A stretch of 64,000 nt of DNA from Turneriella sp. (GCA_965279515.1 CBDIID010000003.1:2336001-2400000), one strand, 5' to 3'; shown: positions 25,544 to 35,220, numbered from the stretch's first letter. Notes: a model not told the origin generated them from the sequence alone. Numbers and translations: made by a program.

Positions 25544-28500
25544 TTACGGATAGTTCGCTTCGGAGTACCCGCCTGGGAAAAGTAAACTGCCGGTACCTTT
25601 GCGGCCGGATCCTGTACTGGAATTACAGCTCGAGGTAGTCCCGCCGCCGCCTGCACCTGGTGCCACGTCAGGGGTGATATTGCAGTTATAACGCACCGGT
25701 GGCGCATTGAGCGGAACTTTGCAATAATCGTAATTCTTGTTATTGCGCCATTTTGTTCCCACTGCGTCAGAGCACGCTTCGTCGGTTTTTGTCGAAAGAT
25801 CGGAACAATATGTGCCCCACTGCTCGACAGAACCGGCAGGTTTCAGGCATGAATTTTCGTTATTATCCGTGCTGTTTCCGGATGGGTGTGCACAGGTGCC
25901 CTGCGTACCCGGCCCGCCAATAGCAGGGCTCTGCGTCGCGACACCGTACTGGTTCGTGGCAATGTTCGGCGGAAAACCAAACTCACCCGTACCTAAACCC
26001 AACATCCACGAGAGAATGCCCGTCGCAGTACCGTTTATGATATCCCAAACACCTTGAATTCCCGGGCTCGCGGTATTGCCTAAGACGCTCAGGCCATTCC
26101 AGACGATACCGTCTGTGTCATGGTATTCGACAACCGGCCATACTTCCGCACCTGTTTCTTCCGCCAAATAAGCCAAACACGCCTCGGTGCTCCGGGCTGA
26201 GGCAGTACCCCACCAAGGTGCCTGGTAACGGTGCCGGTACGTGCCGGCCCCAAACTGGGTATCTGTCAGATCGACCCAATCGGTTTTGCTGAAATTATGC
26301 ATTGTTCCATCCGAGCTGGGTTGTGGCGCGGTGTCGTAGTCTTCGGGTAATTGTTGCGGGTTCGTCAAGGAACCAACACTATTGCTCGGCACGCCGAAAC
26401 CGCAAACCATCGCCGCAATGGCCGTGCGCCAGCCAAACTTCACAATCAAACCCTCGAGCGCCTTGCCTGTGCCTGTGTTCAGCAACTCACCCAATCGGTT
26501 AGGTCCGATCCCGGTGAAATAGTGACAAGTGCCGGTGCGCTGGTATTTGCTGCGTACCGTGCCCTGGCTAAATGCCGTGCCCGCATCAGGTATGCCCGTA
26601 CCTTTATGGATAAGGCCCACAAACGCTTCTACGGCGAGATCCTCATCGGGTTCAAGGTTATTCACAAGATATGTGAGCGAGCGGTACACCGCATTGATAT
26701 GCGTTGTATTTACGAGTGCCTTTGTGACATCACCCGGTTGGTTATTCACGATGCCGATCACCGAGTTAATCCGCCGTGTGGCGTTGACCATGCGGATGGT
26801 CTTCTGCGGATTTGTAACTCCACCAACGATGATGGCCAGAGGCGAAGCGTCGTTGATTCCCAACATCAGATTCGATAAACGGTGCCTGCGATCGTAGTTA
26901 TATGAGATGTCTGATTTATTGTAAGCAAAGCTGACGTCAGCATCACAGGTATAATACTGAGCGGCGTTATTCCACGTCGAGCCTGCAGCAACACAATCCT
27001 GTTGGTTGGTGTGTGTCGCAACAGTACAGTTCGCGCCCGAGGTGACGGTAGAATCGTAATCGGCGCGCAGACCGCAATATTGTACGTCGTTGACGACGGT
27101 CTTCATGTTCATCTGCTCTGCGATCGTACGCGGCTGGCCCAGTGTCTGGTTCCACGCTAACTGGTTGATAGTATCCCAGATAATGGAAATGTCGCCAACG
27201 TTTTTCGTACCAGTGCCCTTTTTCGTCGATGCGCCGACATTGTTCAACAGGGTAAGCATTTTACCGTAGTGAATGCCGCCCGACATATTCCCTTCGGTCC
27301 ACACAGCGCCGCCAGCCGTGCATGTCGAATAGGTTTGGTAAGTCACATTCGTACACGACCCTGCACCATTAATGACGGCGATGAGTAGGTCGATGTTGGT
27401 TACACCGTTTAGGAGATCGCTCATATAGTTGATGCGGCCGATGGCATTCACGAAACCATAGCCAGTGCCGTCGGTGCGTGTTCCATAAGAGAAAGTCGGG
27501 GTAGAGGAGGAAATAAAGTTCAGGTTCGCCACTCGATTCACGACTGCGATCACGTTCGAAATTGCGTCTGTCTGGTTGATGAGAACAATAAGGCGCCCGA
27601 GGGCATCCGTGGTATTCGTATCGCAACCTGGGTCTGTACACCCTGACCCCGAAGGTGCGGTTCCGTACAGGGCGCCAGCATATGATCCTATCGCGCCGGT
27701 GCCATACGTTAGGTTACCCTGAATATCGACGAGTGTATCAATACGCGTGATGTTGGTGTTCGGATCATTCAGCAGCAAAATCATTAAATCCACGCTCGTC
27801 ATTTCGGAGAGCAGCCGCGACAGGTACTTAATGCGGTTCACGTTTCTGAGCAGGTAGCTCACCCGGGTGATCATATAGTTCAGATTCACTTCGTTGACCA
27901 TGCGAGCGGTATTGAGGCCGGCGTTGCCACCCGTCATCGCCTTGATAAACGTCGTCAACCGACCGAAATCTTCGAGCGTGCTGTTCGAAAGTTCGTTAGT
28001 ATACGGTGATCCGCTATTCATTGTCCGCATATCATAGAGCACATCTACCATACGCTGAACACCTGTCGCTCCTGTAGGGTAAGAGCCATTCGTTCCGGGA
28101 CCGGTAGTCGGGTTCAGGTTACTGACGATTTCCGCAACGGTATTCGATCCCGCGGCAGTGGTCGCAATATCGTTCACCAGACGAACCAGGTGATTCGCTA
28201 TACAAAAATCCGTCGCGGTGCCGGTCGAGCAGGTTGCGCCATTGGCAAGCTTCACTGCGTTGACGCGGTTAAAGAATTGTGCCAACTTTGCGCCGCCGCC
28301 GGGATTTGGAGAGTTAAAGAACGTTTCATCGCCCGCCAAAGCAGTATGAGTACCCGAGTTTGCTGCGGTTGTATTCACAAGGGACGAGCAAGTCAAATCG
28401 TTGCTCAGGCGGAACGTATTGACCGTAAGCGGACAGACATAGTAGACTTGCCCTGAGTTAATGCCGCTCGGTAGCTTTATCGTAGACGTAAAGGAAATGC

Positions 28501-30985
28501 GGGCATTTTGAATTAAGCCGTGGGCCGCCCAGGTAACAACGGCCGGCGAGGCTACGGAAATTGTCACAGTTGACGACGTCGTATCATACACGTTCGCCGT
28601 TAATTTGAGTTTATTCAGAATTTCCGCGACGCGGATAGTATTAGTAACCCCGTTTAATAGCGCTGCAACATCGCCAACCGGCGCCCCGGCCGGTGAATCC
28701 GCGAGAACACGCAACATATTGCTTGTCCCGGCGGGATTCAGGGTTTTCAGGATATCAGCCGTGCGCACGCCCGCAGCCCCCGTCAAACCATTGATGAGAT
28801 CGGGTACATTAGACGGCGTCTGTACGAAATCCATCATTGCTACAAGTTGATCTGTCGATGCCTGGCTATTCATGTTATTCAGAATGTCATACATGATCTG
28901 CAGATTGGAGATCGTATTCACAGTTGTGGCGAGCCGCGGCACGGTCGCAATGCTGGCCGGGTACTCGACACGATTCACTGTGTGTATGAGTGTATCAAGG
29001 CCGTTGTCCCAGGTGGGAGTACAGGTGATCGGGGAGGCTGCCCAGCAACCGGCCGGGGTCGTAGTTGCCGTTGCATTACTCAGAATATCCGCAACGTTGG
29101 TAATGCTCGAAGCAATGTACAGATTGTTCATCATGATATAGGTTTTTTCGGCAGCGGTGCGTGCTGCTCCTTTATCTCCCGGTAATGTAACCGTATCGAG
29201 ATAGAAAACACCTGTACTATTTAATGCACGTTGTACATCCCAGCGTAACCGACGTACCCCGGTTGCCAGCGCCTGGGTGCGCAAGGTAAAAGATCCCGAG
29301 ACACCTGTAAAGGTTTGCACCTGCACATCATCAACATAGAAGCGCACCGTATCGTAAGCGCCCAAAGCTTCACGCGTATAAAATGTCATGTTGCCGGCCG
29401 TCGTGATGTTTGCTATCATTTCGGCCGATTGTGTTTGAGTAAAGACTGTCGCAGCGGTGCCGTCGTTGCGTAGGGAGCAGGCACCGCTATGCACTGTTGT
29501 ACCACCCGAGCGCCAGCTTTTGCCCCACCACGGCGTACCTGCAGTGGTTTGATTGTTTGAGAAAGCCCAATTCATACGGTTATCGAATTCACCGTTAACA
29601 CAGCCCGTGCCTATGTTGGTATCAAAAGTAGAATCATTTGTGAAAACACCGGTCGTATCCAGATTATTCACCATATAGGCGAGGCGTAACGTGCCATTTG
29701 TGCCAAAGGAATCGGCATCGGTACCTATGTAGAGCTTGTTGATGGTTGCAACCATCGAGTCGACGCCGTCAAAAACGTTACCGCCATCACCCGGATATGC
29801 CGTCGGCAAACCGAGCCCAACGGGTAAGGCCACGGTAGGCCATGGCGGTCTTTTGCCGTCGTTTGTCAGGCCGTTCACGATCGTGTACATGTTAGGCACG
29901 TTCGAAATATTATTTACAATAACTGGTATTTTGGAGGCTTTTGTTCTCCATGTTGCAGACGCAGCCAAACACGCGCTGCCATTGGTATGGGCGGGATTCG
30001 AACAAACCCGGTCGAGTTCGTTGATCATGCGTGACATATTTTCAATACCGTCGGCGGTCCAGGTTGCGCCGCCAGCCACGCAGGATGTCCGCGTTTCATA
30101 GATAGGATTCGAGCAATTTGAATTCGACCACACACCCGGGTTTAACGGGCGCAGCGATGCATCGAAAGGCGCTTCGCACGCTGCTTTAGTGAGGTGCCAA
30201 GGACGCGAGCAATAGACATTTCCGGAAAGACCTGCCATAACTGCGGTGATGTTTGAGAGACTGGTCGTACCGTTGATGATAACCGCGATATCCCGCAAAT
30301 CTTTGGAACTGTTCACAAGCCGAATCAACTTTGCGGTTCCGGCCGCAGAAAAAACTCCACTCGGAGCGGCCAGATCGTTGATGAGTGTCGGCATTACACT
30401 TAACGCTTCATTCAACAGCGAAATCAGTAACGCAAGACGCGCTACATTATTGTTATAGGTGACCCCGTTGGGATCGCTGAAAGAAGGCGAAGCTGCTGTC
30501 GTATCGGTAACACCATGGACAATGTTTTTAACCCCTTCCATGCCAGCATTTGTCACCTGGTTGATCATGTTAGTCATTTTCGCAATGGTATCTGTTCCCC
30601 ACGAACCGGGCTGCTGGCAGGCATCATCCAGCTTATTAAGAAGATCCAGCACTTCAATGGCTGTCAGCTTAACGGAGTTAGGCCCATTGGACATGAGAGC
30701 TGTTAGTTTTCCCGTACCGCTGATGCCATTAATCAGCTGCGTCATATTTGAAACGCCAATACCGTATGTGAGGAGATTCAGGTTATCTTGTCCGATTCCC
30801 GCTACCAGAGCATCGTAGCGGTCGGCACCTAAGGCAGCACGCATTTGGTCTGACGTGTAGGTCTGCCCTGATTCGGCCTCTTTATTTTTGGCAAACTGAG
30901 TCTGCGTCCGCTTTGGCGCGCAGGTTGCCGTAAAGGCAACAAGCCCGATTCCAATCAGTATTTTCCAACTTTTTGCGCTCTTCAT
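25544..30985 (-). CDS. Giant (1813 aa) mosaic surface lipoprotein with helical repeats and Cys-Trp mini-modules
   Basis: MKSAKSWKILIGIGLVAFTAT-C signal; GAGGGA RBS; N/T/G-rich; repeated C-x8..13-C-..W modules. Confidence 0.88.
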   Translation of the reverse strand: MKSAKSWKILIGIGLVAFTATCAPKRTQTQFAKNKEAESGQTYTSDQMRAALGADRYDALVAGIGQDNLNLLTYGIGVSNMTQLINGISGTGKLTALMSNGPNSVKLTAIEVLDLLNKLDDACQQPGSWGTDTIAKMTNMINQVTNAGMEGVKNIVHGVTDTTAASPSFSDPNGVTYNNNVARLALLISLLNEALSVMPTLINDLAAPSGVFSAAGTAKLIRLVNSSKDLRDIAVIINGTTSLSNITAVMAGLSGNVYCSRPWHLTKAACEAPFDASLRPLNPGVWSNSNCSNPIYETRTSCVAGGATWTADGIENMSRMINELDRVCSNPAHTNGSACLAASATWRTKASKIPVIVNNISNVPNMYTIVNGLTNDGKRPPWPTVALPVGLGLPTAYPGDGGNVFDGVDSMVATINKLYIGTDADSFGTNGTLRLAYMVNNLDTTGVFTNDSTFDTNIGTGCVNGEFDNRMNWAFSNNQTTAGTPWWGKSWRSGGTTVHSGACSLRNDGTAATVFTQTQSAEMIANITTAGNMTFYTREALGAYDTVRFYVDDVQVQTFTGVSGSFTLRTQALATGVRRLRWDVQRALNSTGVFYLDTVTLPGDKGAARTAAEKTYIMMNNLYIASSITNVADILSNATATTTPAGCWAASPITCTPTWDNGLDTLIHTVNRVEYPASIATVPRLATTVNTISNLQIMYDILNNMNSQASTDQLVAMMDFVQTPSNVPDLINGLTGAAGVRTADILKTLNPAGTSNMLRVLADSPAGAPVGDVAALLNGVTNTIRVAEILNKLKLTANVYDTTSSTVTISVASPAVVTWAAHGLIQNARISFTSTIKLPSGINSGQVYYVCPLTVNTFRLSNDLTCSSLVNTTAANSGTHTALAGDETFFNSPNPGGGAKLAQFFNRVNAVKLANGATCSTGTATDFCIANHLVRLVNDIATTAAGSNTVAEIVSNLNPTTGPGTNGSYPTGATGVQRMVDVLYDMRTMNSGSPYTNELSNSTLEDFGRLTTFIKAMTGGNAGLNTARMVNEVNLNYMITRVSYLLRNVNRIKYLSRLLSEMTSVDLMILLLNDPNTNITRIDTLVDIQGNLTYGTGAIGSYAGALYGTAPSGSGCTDPGCDTNTTDALGRLIVLINQTDAISNVIAVVNRVANLNFISSSTPTFSYGTRTDGTGYGFVNAIGRINYMSDLLNGVTNIDLLIAVINGAGSCTNVTYQTYSTCTAGGAVWTEGNMSGGIHYGKMLTLLNNVGASTKKGTGTKNVGDISIIWDTINQLAWNQTLGQPRTIAEQMNMKTVVNDVQYCGLRADYDSTVTSGANCTVATHTNQQDCVAAGSTWNNAAQYYTCDADVSFAYNKSDISYNYDRRHRLSNLMLGINDASPLAIIVGGVTNPQKTIRMVNATRRINSVIGIVNNQPGDVTKALVNTTHINAVYRSLTYLVNNLEPDEDLAVEAFVGLIHKGTGIPDAGTAFSQGTVRSKYQRTGTCHYFTGIGPNRLGELLNTGTGKALEGLIVKFGWRTAIAAMVCGFGVPSNSVGSLTNPQQLPEDYDTAPQPSSDGTMHNFSKTDWVDLTDTQFGAGTYRHRYQAPWWGTASARSTEACLAYLAEETGAEVWPVVEYHDTDGIVWNGLSVLGNTASPGIQGVWDIINGTATGILSWMLGLGTGEFGFPPNIATNQYGVATQSPAIGGPGTQGTCAHPSGNSTDNNENSCLKPAGSVEQWGTYCSDLSTKTDEACSDAVGTKWRNNKNYDYCKVPLNAPPVRYNCNITPDVAPGAGGGGTTSSCNSSTGSGRKGTGSLLFPGGYSEANYP

Positions 30986-31211
30986 GTTCCCTCTGTCTAT
31001 TAGACGAACATCAGGGCGGATTTACTCCGCATTGATGCCAATCCATCATGATAATATGTTCACTATCGTAGTTTCGGGGCCAAAAAACCCGAAAAGGTGA
31101 ACAAGTGTTTTGTGCGGTGCGATAAATGGAGAAATGTGATTATGTCACATCTTTTAACGGATGCCAGCCTTGTTTTGCTTGACGCAGTCATCAAAATCAG
31201 CTGGATAAAGC

Positions 31212-32198
31212 ATGGCCTTGGCCGATATCCGAAATATTGACGCGCAAGAGATGAAGCGCCGCTTGCTGCAGGTGCGCGAGATGGCGATCGGCATTGCCTC
31301 GCGCATCCGCTACAGCCGTACCTGGTGGTACTCCGGCGCCGCCGTCATTCTCGGCCTGTCCCTTGCGCGCGTCGGGCACTCCGTCGTGCTCTACGCAATC
31401 AGCAAATCGACACCGCTACCGCCACCACGCGCCGCGGCACAGCAGACCAACAGCAGCGACCAGATCTTTTCAGACCCGACGATTACCGTCGGCGGTGCGC
31501 TTTTTCAAAAAGCCGGAGAAACCCCGGTGGCTGGCGCGGCGGCCGTTGTCGAGCAACCCGCGAAGCCGTTCAAGCTGACGGCGACACTCGAAGGCCCGCC
31601 CGATGTCGCACGCGCACTGATCGAGACGCAGGGTGAAAGCATCCGTGAATATTGCGCGGCGTCTGCCGGCTGCCGCAAGAAAGAAAAAGAATGCGAGTGC
31701 TCGGTGCAGAATGCCACCATCATTTCGATTGCGCAGGAACACATCTGGATCAAGATGAACCAGAGCAGATATAAACTGAAAATCGGGCAATCCACCACCG
31801 ACCTCGCGGCGCAGGCTGCTGCGGCCCCTGCCGCGGCGGGAGTACCTGCAGTCGCAACGGGTGGCAACCAGGTTATTTCAAAAGTGATTTCGCGCGAAGA
31901 GGTGAACAAGAATATTCTCGGTAACCCCGCGAAGATTTACGAGGGTGCGCAGTTCGGCCCGCATCTTGTGAACGGAAAAATCGAAGGTTATAAGATCGCG
32001 CGGGTCAACGACGACCACGTGTTTGCGAAACTCGGCGCCCGGTCGGGTGATATCATACGCAAAGTGAACGGTTATGGCCTGAGCGACACCGAGCGCATGC
32101 TCGATTTATGGAAGGCGATCAAAACCGCGCCTGAGATCAAGATCGAACTCGAACGCGACGGTAAGACGATTACCTACGACTTCCAGATTCGGAATTAA
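31212..32198 (+). CDS. gspC: Type II secretion system protein C (GspC-like, HR + PDZ)
   Basis: N-terminal TM; FKLTATLEG..ARALIE HR domain; GKIEGYKI...LGARSGDIIRKVNG...IELERDGK PDZ. Confidence 0.8.
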   Translation: MALADIRNIDAQEMKRRLLQVREMAIGIASRIRYSRTWWYSGAAVILGLSLARVGHSVVLYAISKSTPLPPPRAAAQQTNSSDQIFSDPTITVGGALFQKAGETPVAGAAAVVEQPAKPFKLTATLEGPPDVARALIETQGESIREYCAASAGCRKKEKECECSVQNATIISIAQEHIWIKMNQSRYKLKIGQSTTDLAAQAAAAPAAAGVPAVATGGNQVISKVISREEVNKNILGNPAKIYEGAQFGPHLVNGKIEGYKIARVNDDHVFAKLGARSGDIIRKVNGYGLSDTERMLDLWKAIKTAPEIKIELERDGKTITYDFQIRN

Positions 32199-32302
32199 CC
32201 CCACCCCGGCGCAAAGCGCCGACCCTCCCCACTGACGTGGAGAGGGTTTTTTCAGGAAGAATTTCCCCAAAGTTCCCCCTCTCCATGTTAGGGGGTGGGG
32301 TT
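32197..32302. repeat. Palindromic element family 1, between convergent gspC and thiD
   Basis: aaccccaccccggcgcaaagcgccgaccctccccactgacgtggagaggg...ccccctctccatgttagggggtggggtt; supplies the thiD stop codon. Confidence 0.85.
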
Positions 32303-33088
32303 AAACATCCAGAAATGGTTCACGGGGCCGTGACCATGCCCCAGTGGCTCGGCATTTTTCAGCGCGCCCGTTAAGTATTCCTTCGCTGCCTGAATCGCCG
32401 CAGCAGCCTCAAAGCCGAGGGACAGATAAGCGGTAATTGCCGCCGAAAGAGTGCACCCGGTGCCGTGTGTCGATGAAGTCTTCACGCGCGGCGCAGAAAA
32501 TTCGCTGAAACTTTTTCCGTCATAGAGAATATCCGTGGCATCGCCGCCATCGAGATGACCACCTTTAACGAGAATAAACTTTGCGCCCAGGCGATGCAGC
32601 GCCGTTGCGGCGGAACGCATATCGTCTTGACTCACGATCTTCTTACCCGTAAGCACTTCGGCTTCGGGAATATTCGGCGTGACGATAAAGGCAAGCGGCA
32701 GCAGTTTTTCCTTCAACGCGGTCTCCGCTTCAGGTAAGAGCAACCGGTGGCCGCTCTTCGCCACCATCACGGGGTCGACGACGAGCTGTGTCAGGTGAAA
32801 GTCCGTGACGGCGCGCACGACACTGGCGATGATTTCTGCGTCGACCAGCATGCCGGTCTTCAGTGCGGCAACTTTCAGGTCGCTTGCCACGCTTTTAATC
32901 TGCGCATAGACGAGCGCCGGCGAGACGCGCTCAAAACTATCGACGCCGACCGTGTTCTGCGCGGTAATCGCTGTGATCGCGCTGGTGCCATAGACGCCTA
33001 AGGCAGCGAAAGTTTTCAGGTCTGCCTGAATGCCCGCACCGGCAGAGGAATCGCTGCCGGCAATTGTTAAAGCGATGCTTTGAAACAT
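32288..33088 (-). CDS. thiD: Hydroxymethylpyrimidine/phosphomethylpyrimidine kinase
   Basis: LTIAGSDSSAGAGIQADLKT, VDPVMVAKSG, TPNIPEA and THGTGCTLSAA. Confidence 0.97.
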   Translation of the reverse strand: MFQSIALTIAGSDSSAGAGIQADLKTFAALGVYGTSAITAITAQNTVGVDSFERVSPALVYAQIKSVASDLKVAALKTGMLVDAEIIASVVRAVTDFHLTQLVVDPVMVAKSGHRLLLPEAETALKEKLLPLAFIVTPNIPEAEVLTGKKIVSQDDMRSAATALHRLGAKFILVKGGHLDGGDATDILYDGKSFSEFSAPRVKTSSTHGTGCTLSAAITAYLSLGFEAAAAIQAAKEYLTGALKNAEPLGHGHGPVNHFWMFNPTP

Positions 33089-33091
33089 TTT

Positions 33092-33126
33092 TTATAGGGG
33101 GTGTTACACACCCCCTATAACCCCCG
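33092..33126 (-). repeat. Palindromic element family 2 (CGGGGGTT + G-rich stem, 3-nt loop)
   Basis: 13-bp stem TTATAGGGGGTGT/ACACCCCCTATAA plus CCCCCG tail; contains the stop of the upstream dehydrogenase. Confidence 0.7.
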
Positions 33127-34281
33127 TCCCACCGGAAGCGTCGGTGCCAATAAAAAAATTCGGCCTGACTGTAGTTCGGCAATCACCAGTTCTTTATTGC
33201 GTAGCCGGCCGAAGCTCGACCACAAACCGGGCGCCTGAATGAGGATATCCGGCTTTATATTGCTCTTCTGATAATCGATCGAAAAAATACGCCCCGAAAC
33301 CGAATCGGCAAAGATATATTTGCCGCGGTAAGCAGCGAGTGCCGTGCCTTCGTAGACATAGCCGCCGAGAATCGACTGCCCGACACCGTGATCATATTCA
33401 TGGAATGGCTCGACAAGACCCTTGCGGTTGCAATCCTTCGCGGGCTTAAAACAATGAAAACCTTCCATGATATTCCAGCCCATATTCTCACCGCGGCCAA
33501 CGAAACTCAGCTCTTCATAGTCGTTCTGCCCGACGTCGGCCACCAGCAGGCGCCCGTCGGGCACAAAACTGAACCGCCAGGGATTGCGCAGGCCCCAGGC
33601 AAAAATCTCGCGCTGCTTGTCGCCGCGCTCTCCCTTCGAACCCGCAAACGGGTTGTCGCGGGGGATGCCATACGTCACTGAAGTCCTGACGTCGATGCGC
33701 AGAATTTTCCCGAGATGCGAGGCTAAGTTTTGCGCATAACCGCGGGGATCTCCCCCCGAACCGCCGTCACCGACACCGATGTAGAGATAACCGTCAGGCC
33801 CGAACTCGAGCATGCCGCCGTTGTGGTTGCTGAACGGTTGGCGGATAGTTAATAGCTCGGTCAGTTTGCCCGTATCGGGCGCCGACGGATTCTTAACCCT
33901 GACGCGCGCCACAATCGTACGCCGCGGTTTTGCCGCTGAATAGTAGATGTAGTAGCTGTGGCTTTTTTCAAAATCGCGCGGGAAGGCAAGGCCCAAAAGT
34001 CCCTCTTCGAGCGTCGGGTCAGCGACGCGGTCTGTGAAATCGGCGAGCACAAGATTGCACTTGCGCTCCGGGCTTTCCAGGCGGATGACCCCTGGCTTTT
34101 CGACGATGGCATAGGCGTCGGGGCAACTCTCCAGCTTTGCAGGGTAGGGCGTTACATAGACCGGTTGTTTGAATGTCTTCTTAAAGAAGGGTTTGAGTTC
34201 AATTTTAGAGATTTTGCTGAAGGGGGCGTCGGAGAAGATTGCTGCAACAGCGATGAGCAGCAGGAATAGGATGCGAAACAC
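33115..34281 (-). CDS. PQQ-dependent sugar dehydrogenase (GSDH/Asd family)
   Basis: EEGLLGLAF, NHNGGMLEFGPDGYLYIGVGDGG, GKILRIDV and GLRNPWR. Confidence 0.93.
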   Translation of the reverse strand: MFRILFLLLIAVAAIFSDAPFSKISKIELKPFFKKTFKQPVYVTPYPAKLESCPDAYAIVEKPGVIRLESPERKCNLVLADFTDRVADPTLEEGLLGLAFPRDFEKSHSYYIYYSAAKPRRTIVARVRVKNPSAPDTGKLTELLTIRQPFSNHNGGMLEFGPDGYLYIGVGDGGSGGDPRGYAQNLASHLGKILRIDVRTSVTYGIPRDNPFAGSKGERGDKQREIFAWGLRNPWRFSFVPDGRLLVADVGQNDYEELSFVGRGENMGWNIMEGFHCFKPAKDCNRKGLVEPFHEYDHGVGQSILGGYVYEGTALAAYRGKYIFADSVSGRIFSIDYQKSNIKPDILIQAPGLWSSFGRLRNKELVIAELQSGRIFLLAPTLPVGRGL

Positions 34282-34378
34282 AGCAGTAATTTAGGTAAAT
34301 TCCGGGCAAAATGCCAACTTTGGCAAGGTTCGGCCGTTTTTCGCATTGCCGCATTGATAGTTTCTAACCGCATGTCCC

Positions 34379-34801
34379 ATGAAAAAAATATTCACCTCCC
34401 TACTGATCGGCACCCTCTGCCTCGCAGCGGCATGCAAAGAAAAACCGGCGGCCCCCCCTGCTCCTGCGGCTCAGGAAAACACCATCGCGACAGGTATTTA
34501 CCAAAGTGCCAAAGAGGGCGATTGCCTCTGCGTCAACAGCGAGAAAAAGATCGCCTGCATGACCGGCGACATTGAAGCCATGGGCATCAGCCTGGGCTCT
34601 GATTATGACAAGTCTGAAGTACAGGATATGAAAGCCTCCCTACAAGAGCATTACCGCGCCCTGAAAATCGCCGGCAAGGATAGCCTGCGCGACGGCAATA
34701 ACCCCGCAATTTATGTCAAAGTCAAACAAGCCACCAATTGTATGGCATTAAACAAACCCATCGGTGGCCCTATCGCTTACGAAGACTATTGCGTGCGCTG
34801 A
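34379..34801 (+). CDS. Hypothetical Cys-rich lipoprotein
   Basis: MKKIFTSLLIGTLCLAAA-CKEK followed by a Pro/Ala linker. Confidence 0.75.
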   Translation: MKKIFTSLLIGTLCLAAACKEKPAAPPAPAAQENTIATGIYQSAKEGDCLCVNSEKKIACMTGDIEAMGISLGSDYDKSEVQDMKASLQEHYRALKIAGKDSLRDGNNPAIYVKVKQATNCMALNKPIGGPIAYEDYCVR

Positions 34802-34874
34802 TCCATTTTTAGCTTGACAACTTGTGCGGCGCACAAAACATGGCCGCACATTCAGATTTTCGAAGGAGCTACAC

Positions 34875-35168
34875 ATGGAACAACAAATTCAACAAATCGT
34901 AAACTTTGCAATCGGTACAGTTAAGGGCTTTGGCGACGCAGCTAAAAGCACGCTGTCAAACCTCGAAGCAGAAGTGAAAACCCTCGTCGAAAAAGGCGCG
35001 GCAGCCAGCGACGAAAATGCACAGAAGCTGCGTGCAAACGCAACTGACCTTGTGAACCGCGTAACGAATATCGTTAACACAGCGGTGAACAACCTCAACG
35101 AAGTGACTGGCCAGGCTCAGCAAATGGTGAAAGACGCCGTTGCGAAAGTTAAGCCGGAAGCGAAATAA
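34875..35168 (+). CDS. Phasin-like amphipathic helical protein
   Basis: GAAGGAG RBS then ATG 34875; MEQQIQQIVNFAIGTVK...LVEKGAAASDE. Confidence 0.72.
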   Translation: MEQQIQQIVNFAIGTVKGFGDAAKSTLSNLEAEVKTLVEKGAAASDENAQKLRANATDLVNRVTNIVNTAVNNLNEVTGQAQQMVKDAVAKVKPEAK

Positions 35169-35220
35169 CCCCACCCTTCGGCCCCCCCTCCCCACCAATC
35201 GGCTGACGTGGAGAGGGGAC
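35167..35220 (+). repeat. Palindromic element family 1, single unit
   Basis: aaccccacccttcggccccccctccccaccaatcggctgacgtggagaggggac, starting within the TAA stop. Confidence 0.8.

Noticed and set aside
31134..31150. CRP/FNR-type site
   Set aside because: The TGTGA-TCACA spacing is 5 bp, not 6; kept only as an unassigned palindrome.
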